A stretch of DNA of 64,000 bases from contig CM114271.1 in the NCBI GenBank assembly GCA_050084515.1, positions 23,808,001 to 23,872,000 of the forward strand. The letters are read 5' to 3'. Each line of letters starts with the position of its first letter. Within the stretch, counting starts at the first letter, position 1. This DNA comes from Blasia pusilla. Its lineage: Eukaryota. A program made the translations under genes and the position numbers. The notes under the pieces are model-generated. The model made no database searches. It was not told where the DNA came from and saw only the letters and a list, made by a program, of their open reading frames with translations. Shown here in pieces: positions 1 to 13,500 of the stretch.

Positions 1-294
1 CATGGACTATCCTACCTTTGTTGTCTTGATGTTTGGAATAGAAATTGAAATTTTCTGGAACTTTTTCACTTTTCTTATTGTGTCAATGGACTACTGAACT
101 GTCCACAGCGCACCCTGTCTCGATCTCATTCTCTTCTTCTGAAGCAATCTAGTGCAATTTGGGATCATCTTGTGGCAACACACAATCAACCTGTCTGAAA
201 GCTTTTCAACACTTTTTGCTAGCTTTATAGCTTCATCGCCAGCCTTTTGATATGCCATTTCTTACATGTTTGCTATGTAATGGCAATTTGGCAG

Positions 295-2621
295 ACTCCA
301 GTGGACCCTCTAATAGATTTAATCTACGTTGATGGAAATTCTTTACCAAAAAAGGTGGCGTCCAAGATGTACTTTGCTCTCAACAAGCCAAAGGGGTAAA
401 TTATTACCTGCTTCTATTATCCTCAGAAATTTCCTATTCCCGCTGCTTTTACTTGTTTGAATCTTTGGAAAGGAAGGATAGATTCACTCCCATGTCTTTA
501 TTGAAGATGGGCATGAATGACATCTTTCAGAATAGAACTGGTTTTGAATTATCCCTGTTTAGATAGTGTGTGCTTCAAGCACTGGCCCCTGTTTAGATAG
601 TGATAGCTTCGCTGGAGATATGGTCCTTTTGCAGGTACATTTGTTCGAATGGTGGAGAAGGAACGAAACCAGTGTTGTCACTGTTTGATGACTACTTCAA
701 AATCTGGGTTCGTTTTCTGACCATCATAAGTTGTGGTATTCCTGAGAATGTTCGACATGCTGGACATATTTCTGCAGTTCACAATCAGGACTTGAACTTG
801 TCTTGGATTTGGGCTTCCTACAAGGATGCACAAGCTGAATGTTTTATCACTCCAAGATTGTTCTTACTCTCCAATTTCGAGGCTAACTGGGTACGTGCTA
901 AGCTAAAAGAATGCTTAGCATTTTAGTGAAGGGGGGTTGCGTTATGAAGTGAAGGTTAAGAGAAGAGGGTAATAAAGTTTACAAAACATTTGAGCTGAAG
1001 GCGGAGAGACTTTTCGTCAGAGAAATCTTTGGACGTGTTGGACTGATTCTGCTGTCGTTGCAGTCCCAGAGAAATCCAGGACTATCTAGGCCACGGATGT
1101 TCACTGTGGGACGACTTGATGTGGCTACTTCAGGTCTCTTACTGGTGACAAATGATGGTAATCTCGACAATCCCTTCTCCTGTCTGGAGACCTGCCTTAG
1201 TGAAGCCAACTTCAAACTTCTCATGGTTCGTTCCATTTGAATTTTTTTTCTCGGGACCACGTTTTTATGATAGATGATCCATTAGAGTGGAACATTGGAG
1301 TTCCTTGACCTTGATCATTGTTTGCAATTGCACATGTACACACCATGCAGGGGAGTTTGGGAACAAGGTGTCACATCCATCATCGGGTCTGACCAAAGAG
1401 TACGTAAAATTAGTGCTACCCATACGGTTCTTTGAATGTGCCCTGCAAATGAACAAGGACTAGGTTGTAATGAGGTTGATCGAAGTCTTTCACAAGCACT
1501 CACGCACGGACAAGCTCTTGGCAGTTCCCTCGTTGAGGAGTTCCATTTCAAATCTGACTCAAAGCGCCAAACCACATCTCTATGCATGTTCAATTTTGAA
1601 AGATCAAATTTTGTGAGTGGAGCAAAGATGGAGCGGATTTCTCCTTATGGGGAAAGGCTGGAGAGGGAGTCGTAACCTCCTCTGTATTGTTTGCAGGTAT
1701 GTTGTAACTCTAGAAGAGAAGGCCAGTCGACGGCAACTGACAGTAATTGCAGCAGGAACGGTGGTTCAAGGAGTGAAGTGTGTGCCTGCACTCGTTGAAG
1801 CTATTGAAATGGAGCCGGGTGATATCCGCCAACGGATTAGAATTGTTGTATGACACTCGGCCCTTCTCTTGCTGGGCTTGTTTGGATTCCTTTTTCTTAT
1901 TACTGATAGGGTGTGCCAGAGAAGAATGTGAATGAATTACTGATATGGTGTTGATTTGGTATGCTTCGCTTCTAGATTTCAAGTATGCTAATCTCCCTGA
2001 AGAATAAATGAAACCTGGGACGGCATTGTTGTAGGTGAGTGAGGGTCGCAACCATGAAGTCCGCCATCTGGTGGAGAATGCCGGATTGAAGGTTTGTTTA
2101 TGACTGTCAACAAAGCTTTCATGTTGTGATTCATGACATGTACGCAGGTCCAGTGCTTTATTGAAGGACTGAAATTGCAGGTCTGAAGTCTTAACTGCTG
2201 GCCCTTGCACTACAGGTAGTTGGACTGAAACGTATTCGCATTGGTGGTTTAAGACTCTCCCGCAAATTAGGGTGAGAACTTTCTCTCGCGTTTCGGCCTG
2301 TCTTCGTGTGATCGCAAGCTTGAATGTGAATTTTGCGCTACCATTATGTTTAGAGTTTGACTTTGAACTCTTTTCCTACGGAGTGAGTGTAGCCTGATGT
2401 GATGTAGGTTCCAAGCATCAAACTGTTCAACTCAGTGTTCCTCTAGGTTTCAAATCGATCACCGCCGTCTTCTTTTCCTGAGCTCCAAGTTCTCAGTGTC
2501 GGATGTTCCAAAGGTGTCATTACTAATTTGCTCGGTCTATTACAGGGTGGGAAAATTTGAGGTGCTCACAGATGCACAAGTTGCTAAAGTCTTGGACAAG
2601 AATGCACAAAATTCTGTGTAA
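295..2621 (+). CDS. SVR1: Plastid rRNA pseudouridine synthase, RluB/RsuA family (SVR1-like); 5'-partial, 8 exons in the window
   Basis: Exons read by hand with GT-AG borders: 295-395, 635-707, 1064-1157, 1351-1399, 1697-1847, 2035-2091, 2216-2271, 2546-2621 (TAA). The spliced protein has YFALNKPKGYICS, RMFTVGRLDVATSGLLLVTNDG (catalytic RLD), HPSS..KEY, VSEGRNHEVR and LKRIRIGG, matching Arabidopsis SVR1-type proteins. The N-terminus lies upstream of the window. Confidence 0.93.
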
Positions 2622-3594
2622 GAAAGAAACTAATCTTTCAAAGCCAGCTGGGGCTGCAACCAATTTTGTTGATGATGAGTGATTTTAGCTTCTCTAGGAT
2701 AGAAAGAGGGGACGGGTTCAACAGGCCATGACAAATGGTGGTGGTAAATGTCACCGTCGCTGAGTTCTCTCCCGGGAGAGTTCAGCAGGGCACAGCTGGA
2801 GCTGGAGATGGAGATGGAGATGGTATGAGCCAAGTTCTTCCTAGAGCCATAAGTTCCAGCGCAACTTCCATGGCAAGAGCGAAAATGTCCGTGTATGCGG
2901 GGGATAGAATCGAGGCACCTGCGAAGGGTGTCATGGTTCAATCGTGTAGGGAATCCTTGCCTCACGCCATTACAGATGAAGTAAAGCTGGATCTCGGCAG
3001 GATGCTGAAATAGGTGAAATTTATCTGACGTGAAATCAAATAAAAAGCGGCAAATTTCAGAAATCTTACTGTCCTCTAAAGATTGATGACGACGGTTCCT
3101 CTCATACCAGATGTTTTCTTGCACTCTACCTAAATCGGCTGTGCTCAGCGTAGGAGCGGTATATGTCGTATTCAATCTTGCACTCCACCATTAGACTTCC
3201 GACGGCTTTGCTTAATGATCATGAAAAGACGGTTTTGCAAGACAAATCCACCACTAAAGACGTGGACACAACCAAGCCCTGTACATGACATACAGCACAC
3301 GCGTCTTGGCCTGCACATTCGCAAGCGTGACAAGGGTCGGGTACATTGCAATCTCCATGGATACCGAGCTGCTTCAATCCGTGTATTTCCAGTAAGTTGT
3401 CGCTGAGATACGTTGTGGCAACAACGTTTACGTGCGGCTATCAGGAATCCCTGAGACCCAAAACTGTCCAAAGAGTCGAGTACTTTCCAATCTGCTCATA
3501 CTTTGGGCTTAGGTTACGACTGTGGCGAGCACGATAGGGTGACGCTGTGCGCGACCTCAGGTCGAAGAACTATTCAATCTAAGCTGACGTTGAA

Positions 3595-3669
3595 TTCTGG
3601 TGAAGAGACGATTGTGTGAAGTCGCCCAGGACCTGCGGGCGACTTCACACAATCGTCTCTTCACCAGAA
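3595..3669. repeat. Perfect 33-bp inverted repeat with a 9-nt loop
   Basis: ttctggtgaagagacgattgtgtgaagtcgccc (3595-3627) is the exact reverse complement of 3637-3669; the loop is aggacctgc. Confidence 0.95.
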
Positions 3670-6600
3670 CCCTTCAATCCGAGGTCCGGGTAAGAAATCT
3701 TCCCGAACCTCCGAACTGATTCCGTTTCGGTGGGGCTATTCCTCGCGCACCGAAACGCTGTCTACCACAGAACTTCACAATCTGTACAGAAAGTTGGGAG
3801 AATTAGAGGAGTGAAGGACGCACGCGATCGTCCCAATAAGGCCAAAAAGTCAAAAGCGATCAATGAGTGAAACGAAATCCGAAGTGATGCACGTGGGGAA
3901 GCTCCGAGTGGGAAGTTGGAAGAAAGTAAAAAACAATCTTTATTAGTATGGGAGAGCGACTTCTTTTGCAAACACCTCTTTGCCCCCCAACACGATTAGG
4001 ACAATAAGGAAATGTGGGCAAAACACGATAAGGAGAATAAGGAAATGGTTCGTACAATAATTAAAAATTTTGAATGTGTACGCGCCATCATTAAAAAAAA
4101 TTCACCGGCTATTCATTAGTTCTTGACACTTTTATATTTTACGGGCACCTTACTTAGTTCATTATGATGGATATGGGACATGTTAGAATTTACATTCACC
4201 CGAGTGTAATCTCAACTGACCAGAAATTTACCAAATCCATCACTGTTTATGGCTACAAGGATACGTGTCAAACTCAAATTGGCTGAAAATGCTGAGCGAT
4301 TAAATTTAAAATGGTATTCTCTCATGATATTGTAAATTCATTTTTTAAATGTAAATTGTATTTTATAACAATACCTATCTTTTCCAAAATTTATATTTTC
4401 ATAAGATTGCTTTTTTATTTTTAATAATTAAATTAGAAAACATGTTTAACGTGAATTCATTTTTAGGGCAATGATGATTTCCCATTCATATTTTTAAGGG
4501 CCACAAACATGGTGCAAAAATAAGATATTTACAAGTGCAATTGAAAACACTAGGTAAGAAATGTACAAATTAATAAAGAATCCGCAAGCATTTCATTGAG
4601 CTTTACAAGTGAACTATGGACATATTTGACACTAACATTAACCATTAATATGTTATGAATGGAGACGTCTTTTTATACGATTTTCATGAATAGGAGTCAA
4701 TGCAATCTCTTTTATAATGACATAAAAAAGAGTAAAAAAAAGGACAAGTTAATGATTCTCAAGAGAGTGGTAAGCACATGTTTTGAGAGGATACCATGAA
4801 ATAGCATATGGGCTAGGGGAAAAAAAACTCTCAATACCACAAGATGCCTCCTCAAACTTGAGGAACGCCTAATAAGTCTTCAAATGTGACCCAAGTTCCC
4901 TATAAAGTGATCTTAGTCTAGGGTCTACTTCAAATCTATATTATGGAGTGAGAAGATTTTTCTTGATGTTCAAGATATGGGATCCAAGTAGCTTCAAGTT
5001 AGACCAATTATTCTTTTGTGTTGAATGGATGATTTTAGATAATTGGAATGACTGATCTACGTGCGGTTATAAGTGGTCACGCTTTAAATGAAACGTGTAT
5101 TTTTGGCCAATAGGATTAGTTCAGTTCGTACTTCCTTTCAAGGGTTACAGTTGGAATATTTTTTTCACTGGTGTTCCGTTCGGATGTTTTCTCACCCGTG
5201 CACAATCTAGTTCTTTAAAACCAGATCAACATATATCTTAAAAAAAAAAATATTCCAGGAAGTCTTCTTTGCTTGAGGCCGTCTACAATAGCATACAATT
5301 CCTTCTTTCCGAAATGGGGATTTTCTTTGAAACACTCCGATTAATTGTTTAACCCGTCGATCCCGCGTGCACTAGGAAAGAAATCCCTATCGAATGATCC
5401 TCTCAACATCCACTCCAAATACATGAAGCTCAGTTTCCAAAACTAGAGGTAACCAAGAGTAGAGTTCATGACAGAAAGCCTCTCATGTTCGCCAAAATCT
5501 CGATTGGCCATGCGCACACGCTTGGATTGTGGTGCCACCGCCGAACGGTATGGTTCCATTCGTCGGCGGCGACGGGAAGAAAAGAATGACTGCTCGTGAC
5601 AGTCGCAGGCGGAAGGGAGGGGAGGCGCGAAAGGGCGGGCTTGTCGCTATGTCTGGAGATCGCACGTCTCTGAGTGGTCGAGGGCTCGTCGCAGCGCACG
5701 AGTCGTCAAAAGCGCCGCGTTGTCGTATATAGTTGGCCCGGCGATCACTTTTGACGGGAAGGTATGTATTTCGTTCGGCAACTCCATGGCGCCTGGATAA
5801 CATGTCTGCAACGTACGTATACAATTACGATTACCAAGATATCACCTTTCTCGTTTATATTGCTAGAATGTTAGTATAATGTCCCTATTATGCATGCGTG
5901 AGGGAAAGTGTTTTTCATTTTTTTAATATTAAATAAATTAATTTTGAAATTTGACATGTGCTAACACTTAAAATTTTTAAGGTCAACTATTTTTTAAAAG
6001 ACAAGTGTCAACACCATAGGAAAATTTCTCTGATCCCATCTTCTCTTAATACAAGCCAGGAAATAAAAAAGTGTTCGAAAAGTATTTGTTAGTGTAACCT
6101 AAACGATGCTATTCGTAACATGTGAAATCTTTTCCATAATAATCGTATCAAAGGCACTCTCCGATATAAACTTAATAGTATCCTGTCTAAAATACGATAT
6201 ATTGGACCCACCGGAATATTTTGAAATCGAAATGATAAACTGCACGTATTATGAAAGATGGGACCGATCCACGGTCGACAAGAGCCGACGCTAACTTGGG
6301 TAACTAGATGGTTGAATCCTAACCGTCGATCTGAACGCCTCAAAGAAGCACGAGAACGAAAACCTCCGGTTTTTCTCACTCCACGGTGTAGTCAGCTACT
6401 GACCAGCGTGAGCGCAGTCTCTGACGGGAGCCCAACGGATTTCATCCCTCGGCTTCCAACTCAAACTTGACACCTCACTCCGGATGAACGGTCACCCTCG
6501 GATAGCCAGACTACAGGGTGAAGAGGGTGACTGAGTTGTGGACTGAGCGTACTGTAGTTGGACGATGCGACATCCAATTCATTGCGCCTTCCGTCCCCAT

Positions 6601-9588
6601 GTGGGTGTGGGTGGAGGTGGCCCTGGTTAGTTGCCGGTAAGATTGGCGATGCACTACAATTTTTTTTATTGAAACAGTAATATTTCATATTTTTGTTTTA
6701 GTTACTTTGAATGAGATTTTTTTTAATTTACACATGACGTGTAATTATTTTAACACAACACTTGTAATCTTCAAGAAATTTTCATTTTGTAAATTTAACG
6801 TCCGTAAGTCCTTCATAACTAGTTACATGTTACCCCAAATCATCGTTCACAGACCACCCCTATCCTTGTAATGTTGTCATTTTGAAAAATTCCTCACTTG
6901 AAAAAAAGATAGAAAGAATGAAAACAAATAAATAACTATGCTTTTCACACAACCTGTCACAAATGACTAAGTCTTAAACTAGTGGGGACCTAGGAAGCAA
7001 CTTTTGATCGTGGGTCAAAGGAAGATCAACCTTGGCGAGATCAATAAGGTAGAATCAAGACCATCTAGTTGCAAGACTATGAAGGCAATGAGTCGTTGGA
7101 CCAGCCTTATAATTGAGCGGAAAAGGCAACTCATCCACAAAAGGAAGCTAAAGACAGATGAGAAACCATGAGACCAAGTGGTGGCAAAATAGGTAGTGGG
7201 TTGAGACTAGTCAAGTTAGGTGCTCACCTTGAGACAAGTCTTACGAGGAAAGACACGGAACCACTCCCAAAAACTAAGGGTGAGCCAATACCGATGAGTG
7301 ATTCTTGAGGTTAGTTCTTAGTTGAAGACAAATGGCTTAGGAATATGGATTCGTCAAGATTGACAATGGTGCCATGCGACTAGTCACCAAACACAAATGG
7401 TGGTAAGACCAATTGCAAGGCATGAAGGCATGAGTCGAGCTTGAGGGTTAATCATGAGACACATAGAATGTGAAGCCAAGGTTATCTTGGTAAGTCAAGA
7501 TAAGACTAGAACAATCGTGAAACTCACCTAAGTCATCTTGGGATCCAAATAACTAAATTTAGAGTTGGGAGGACATGATCAACATTTGGGTGGAGGTCCA
7601 AAAGTAGTTGCATTGAGTGGATACTTAGAATGGAGAGTCGAACCAAAAAATCGAGAAGTACTTTAAGGGGGGACACTCTCCTTTCCTACCCGCTCATTAC
7701 TTAGATGGCCACATTCAGAGTTTGGCCACGTTTCAAGTTATGAACTAGAATACCGTTCTTGATTTATCTTGAGGCTAGTTGTTGCAATCCGACTTTAGTG
7801 AATGATGGAAGGGGACATGTGAAGGCTCAAGGATGAGGCTCCTTATGGGAATGGTTTCCCTTTGTGTGACTTGGCACTTGAGACTTGCGATCAATGCTTC
7901 GATTCCACCTCATGGGACGCGTAACGAGTTGGGTCTCGAGGCCCCAACTTAAGCCTTCCTCTTGCAAGGCCCAAGGTTGGAGTCCCTTCATAGGTCTAGC
8001 AAAGTGGAGTTTAGGAGCGACTCTAAGACGACCTCCCTTTACACTATTGCGGAGCCTCGGTGGATGGAAGTGTGGATAGATAAAACGGGACTAATTCATA
8101 AATTTGGAAATCCAAGATGTTGTCAACACCAAAATAAGTATTTTAAGAGGAATAAATATAAAAGTGGATCTATGTCATGCCCACTTATGTTTTTCTCTTA
8201 AGTGGACCTACCAAAGAGCTCTAAAAGAAGGGCCCCACTAGTTGAGATGTAGAAATTTATCCATCCTAAACATCCTTTTTTCATAAAATCCCTTTACCAA
8301 TATGGCCATCTATCTATGCAACTTATAGGAAGGTGGGATGTCCTTATTTTGGCTCACATGATAATGCAATGTATATATATATTCCATGCTCCCCATTTGT
8401 GAAAAGTAGTGGTTGGGATGAAGTAGGCTATCATGTCCAAACCTTCTCGAAATTGACAGTTCGGGGAAATAATCCCACAACTTGTCAATTCAACTTGGGT
8501 TGGTTTTTCATGGGCATTTGATCGATAGGACCCACGGGGAAGCATTGTTGCGAGGGGGCCCTTAAGAAAAAAACAATGAAATCTCTTTACCGCTCCTACC
8601 ATGAGCTCTCTCGTTGGTCTATCCCGTGACACGCCATCTATCTAAATTGTTGCCACAAGTCTTACTTGTCGAAGGGGAATCGTTAATGTCGAATCCAGTC
8701 ATGCTAAGTCACTCCCCTCTACATCAATCGTTGTGTTTTCCTCTCCCTATCCACGTGTCCTTCAGACGAATATAATAATTAACTCTCAACTCCCCCGTCT
8801 CAAGGCCGCACACACAGGTTTCAATCGTTTTGATCCCTTCCATGACTAGGGCTCTGAACAAACACGAAGGGGCGGAATATAAGACGGCCCGTGAAACGAA
8901 AGACCTCGATCGACCTGTTCATTGTCGGCAAAAGGAGAGAGAAGAACAAATCGAAACGAGGAGTGCGTGAAACGGACGTGGTCAAGCCGGCCGACGACAA
9001 TTGACCACGTTCCAGGGGAGACCAGCTCCCTCCCGCCGAGAACGCGAAAGGTGGTGTGCGGCCTACCATACCGCAGTAAGCTGGCTGCCAGCGCTGACAA
9101 CTACAGCTCAGACGGTAGTAAGTAGTCCAAGCCAAGGGGTCGCACTCAACGTTCGTACGTAGTCCAGCCCAGGGCTTTAACGGTCACGGGCGCGAGGAGA
9201 AGGGACAAGAGGCAGCTCACGTACGACAGGAGACAGGGGCGGGCATCGTGGAGGATTTCGATTCAATGCGCGCGCGAAGTCCTCCGGGAGCACTTTTCGC
9301 GAGCTCCGCTCCGCCTTGCTTTGCCGCTGCCACAGCCAACCGAGTTCGGAGTTAGGGAGGTCGGAGACTCGGACTCCATGAGGCTCCCTCCCGGAGAGAG
9401 CGTGTGAAAAGGGGACGCCCGAATGCTGGCCAATAATTTAGTAGAGTCGATTGCCGAGCTGCCTGCCCTCCCGCTTGCCAGCTGTGCAGTTCGCAACGAC
9501 CCCTGCGGATACGCAGGACGTAGATAGTCGGGCAGCGATGCCCAGCGTAGGCAATGGGAAGGTGTCAGTCATCTAGATCCGGCAGGGA

Positions 9589-9612
9589 GAGACGGAGACG
9601 GAGACGGAGACG
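9589..9612 (+). repeat. (GAGACG)4 microsatellite
   Basis: Read directly; it lies about 1 kb upstream of the EDR2-like start codon. Confidence 0.85.
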
Positions 9613-10581
9613 AGACGCACGTATGGTACTATAGGACAGATTTCCTCCTCTCCTCTGCTAACGCTTCTCGCGTCGTCTATTTCCGCCACCTTGCTTCCGC
9701 ACTCGGTGTGTGCAAACGCTGATTCATTCCACGTCCTTTTCCGAGACAGCGAATCCTCTCAGGCCGTGCTGCTGCTGGCGTAATTTCGGGGCTCGAGAGC
9801 TGTGGCCAGATGCCTGATATGACGTTGAAGGAAGCCACAAGATGCAGTGTTAGGAGTTACGTTACAGACAGAGCCTTCGATCAATGAGGCGAGTGCGTGC
9901 ACAATATCTACATCCAGCAATTCGGATTCCGTACAAGCTGGAACTTGGGATGTAGATGTGCACTGAAGTGCTCGCCCTTCGATCGGAACATCTTCTTCTA
10001 GTTTTACAGTTCCGCTTTGTATGGCTCTGGAGTAGGCTCTCGGTCTATCGTTGTGAAGAGTTCCGTCTCTTGTTTTTCTCACTTTGATTATAGTTTCCCC
10101 CGTAGTTCCGCCGTCGGGTGTCGTCCATATCTTCCGTTTCGATGCCTCGCCGGTGGACGCTGTGAACTTCTTTCAGATGACCTCTCATCGAAGTTGAAAC
10201 ATAGGAAATTGTGCAGCGTCCACCTTCTCTTAGATTCACGGAAGTATCTCGCTCTTGTGCGTTCGTTCAAGAAGTTTTCCGTGGTAGCTTCTGATGCGTC
10301 ATTTTCAGGATTTTGTCTCCACGCCTTTTTCGGAACGCATGCCTTTATCCCACAAGCCGGCTGGAAAAATTCCTGTAGTTTTCTTTCCGGGTTCTTCATC
10401 TTTCCTGTCGACGACTCGTCAACCCGGTGGTACATGTAGGAGTTCGGTTTTAGCTATTATCAGAGGAAAGCGCCGCTGAGAACAAGGTTGTGAACCTTCA
10501 CAAACTGTTGAAGTTGGGATCGCACCGAGTTTCTGGTCTTCAACAAAAACTGCACCGTGGAAAGAGATCGACATATAATTC

Positions 10582-13500
10582 ATGACGAGTCACATCAACA
10601 ATGTGATGGTGGATGTCGTTAAAGGACACTCGAGGCATCAGTCATTAGAATTGAACTTAGGTTCCCAGACAGATCAGAGGTATACCGCGGCCTATGCAGG
10701 ATGGATTTACCATATCGGGATGAATTCTCTGGGATACAGCATCTGGCAGCTACGGTATCTCGTCATCAGGGGAAAATATGTTTCCATGTACAAGGACAAT
10801 CCTGGAATGCCGCCGCGAATGGTAGGTGGAATGACGAGGGATGTTTTCCAGACGATGTCTTTTGGTCATGACTTCTCGTTCAACTTCGATAGTCAATTCT
10901 TCACGATAATCCGAAGTCTACTACAAATGTATACCAACTTTGACCACAGCTACTTGTGGATCTAAGCGAACCTCACTTTTAGCTCCGTTCATCATCTAGC
11001 TCACGTCACTACTCTGGTGATTCTGCAAACTAGTCACAGCAGAAGTACTGGATTCTGCATGTATGCGTGAGGAGCTCATCGAAGATTTGTAGATTATTTC
11101 ATTCCAACCAAGACCAACTCGATATTACGCGAAGAGAGGTTGTGTGTTTACGTTTCATCGAAACTTGACGTCTGAATGTTATCTCAGTCCATTTTGGCGA
11201 AAGAACGAGTAGGAAAGGGTTTGAAGCTGAAAATATGGCGCGCACGGAAAGCACCCCAATGTTTCCTCAGCAAACGTCACGCTGATTTCTCTTGTTAATA
11301 GTTTGAATTCTGTTCCGACGGATGGTCTGAGATTTCAAGAAGCTCTCTAGTTTCATGCGCAATATGTGACACTTGCCAAAGCCTAGGTTCCCACAATAAT
11401 CATCAGATAGCGCCTCCTGTCTCCTCCCGTGTCTCTCGGTGAACGAATTTCATCCTTGGCGGATCATGTACGTTCATCTTACTCTGAGTGTCCATCCTTT
11501 TGAACATTTTCTTGTGCAGTTGCCCATCAGGAGTGGATTCGTCGGTCAGCACTTGATGGTGGAAGAGGTTGGCCGGCAGACGCACCATGGCAAGGTAATT
11601 GGTTCAAGTTTCGAATTCCGGGCACGTCGGATTAGACTCTCTCTCACTAGCTTCCTCAAGGTTGATCAATCATCTGGTTTACTCTCTTTGTTGTCCCACC
11701 TGCTCTCCATCAAATGGGCTGCGTTTGTTTTGTTTCTGTTGCTGTCACCTCTCTCTCCTTTGTAAAAAAATGCTCCCGGGTCAAGAATTTGTTAAAACAT
11801 TCCAGGCCTTCACCCAAAAATCAAATCTCCTTCGTGGGAACCCCAAACAGAAATGTTTGAAATCTAGATTTGAAGGTGCCCGTCGGATGGGATGTCAGTA
11901 TCACAAATGTGGAAGGGGTCCCATAGGCCAGGTAGGCTTCCTGTGGATTAGAAATCAATCCTCAATTCTCTCTTTTGTATGCGCCGGTGCACAAACAAAC
12001 TCAGCTGATTTTGTTTAAGGTTTATCTGATGACCTCTGCTGTGAACTGATGAAGTGAATGGGAATGGGTTTCATTTTCCAGGAACCATGGCAATGAATTC
12101 TGAAACGATGTGTGGCCTACAGATTGTCTCTTTTGCAGGACTTCGTTGAATTGATTTAGGAACTACCATTTGGGTGGTTTTGTTTTAGTTTTGGATTGAA
12201 ATATGAGTGAATCAGCAATAGAGGAAAAAGTACCGTGACTCAGAAATGAGCAACCAACGAAAGGACTGGTTGAGTCATTTTCTTACAATTTGGTTCATTA
12301 ATTGAATCTGAATGCATAAGCATGTAGCTGACAACTTCCTTCCACATTTGTCTGTCTGAAGATTCTGACTTACAGAATCATCTCTCAGTTCCCTCCACAG
12401 TAATGAGAGTTCTTGTGTTTCCGTTAAGATTCTTGTAGAAGATATAGTTGGGTGGCCTGAGTCGGTCACCATACTAGATCAAGGGTTTAGGATCTTTGCT
12501 CTTGTTAGTGTTAAGATTAGGTCCTAACATCCTTGTCTGGTCATTGGCAGTCTCTAGACTGAGGCTTGTTGGACTACAAGAAGACTAACGCCATTTCTTT
12601 CAGCCTTTGTATATGTTCAGGATCTTCAGCCGCATGGACCATAGCAGGCAAGGCGAGGTATTGTGTACTGGCTTTAATTCATGATGTAGGAATCAGAGAA
12701 CTTCAAAAATATCTTTTGGTGGCTAGAAGTGATTGCAAGGTTGAAATGAAATCATAAAGAGACCACACTAAAACCTGTATCGATGGACCATTTTTTCTGA
12801 TAAGTGGTCTTTGGTATTTAAAGTTTGCTTGTAACAGTGCTGAAGAGTTGGAAAAGTGGATTTCAGCCTTCAATCATGCAAAAGAGGAGGTACTTTATTT
12901 ACTATGCAGACATTGTCATCTCTTGTTCAATAGATACGGATTAAATAAATTCATGAGACTTTGGCATCGAAATACTTTATCTTCACTCTTAAAATGCTAG
13001 AGTCGCAGTTGCCATTGGAATTTACTCCAGGATTGAAAAGGAATTAGTAACAAAAGTATTGAGTGTATTATCTGTGTCCAGTCCAATCTTACCTGTCTCA
13101 GTGGGAAACTCAGACAAAACTTTCATCCCAGCAGCAAAACATCAGTCAAGGCAAGATTCTTTACAAGGAGTCTCTAAACTTCTGGTTCTCGTCTTCTGAT
13201 TGTAGGCCGAGCTTGATCTGGAAAGGAACAGCAGTCGCAGGTTGATCAACAATGATGACGAGTAAGGTTTAATCCCAAATGAACAGCATCAACTGCATTT
13301 TGAAACATGATTGTGAAACAACAGGGTTCAAAATGCAACTTGGTGATGCATTGTGATACTGTTGGTTCTTTTATTGTAGCTAAATTCTTTTGTCCCATTA
13401 TAGGTTTAAGCCAAATGGTCCACGACATCATCGGTCATACCCACGGGGTTTGAACAAGTTCATTACTATCGGAAGGGGTGAGTTGATGACACTGCATCCC

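Noticed and set aside
2630-3537. ORFs of 60-181 aa just after the SVR1 stop
   Set aside because: No recognisable motifs and overlapping on both strands; likely 3' UTR or intergenic.
6955-8631. Possible solo LTR (TGTCAC...GTGACA) in a CpG-poor, purine-rich tract
   Set aside because: The flanks caacc and cgcca do not form a TSD, and there is no second LTR, PBS or coding remnant. It is probably old TE debris but cannot be assigned.
9759-10479. 107-140 aa ORFs upstream of the EDR2-like ATG
   Set aside because: No domain signal; consistent with a long 5' UTR or leader intron.
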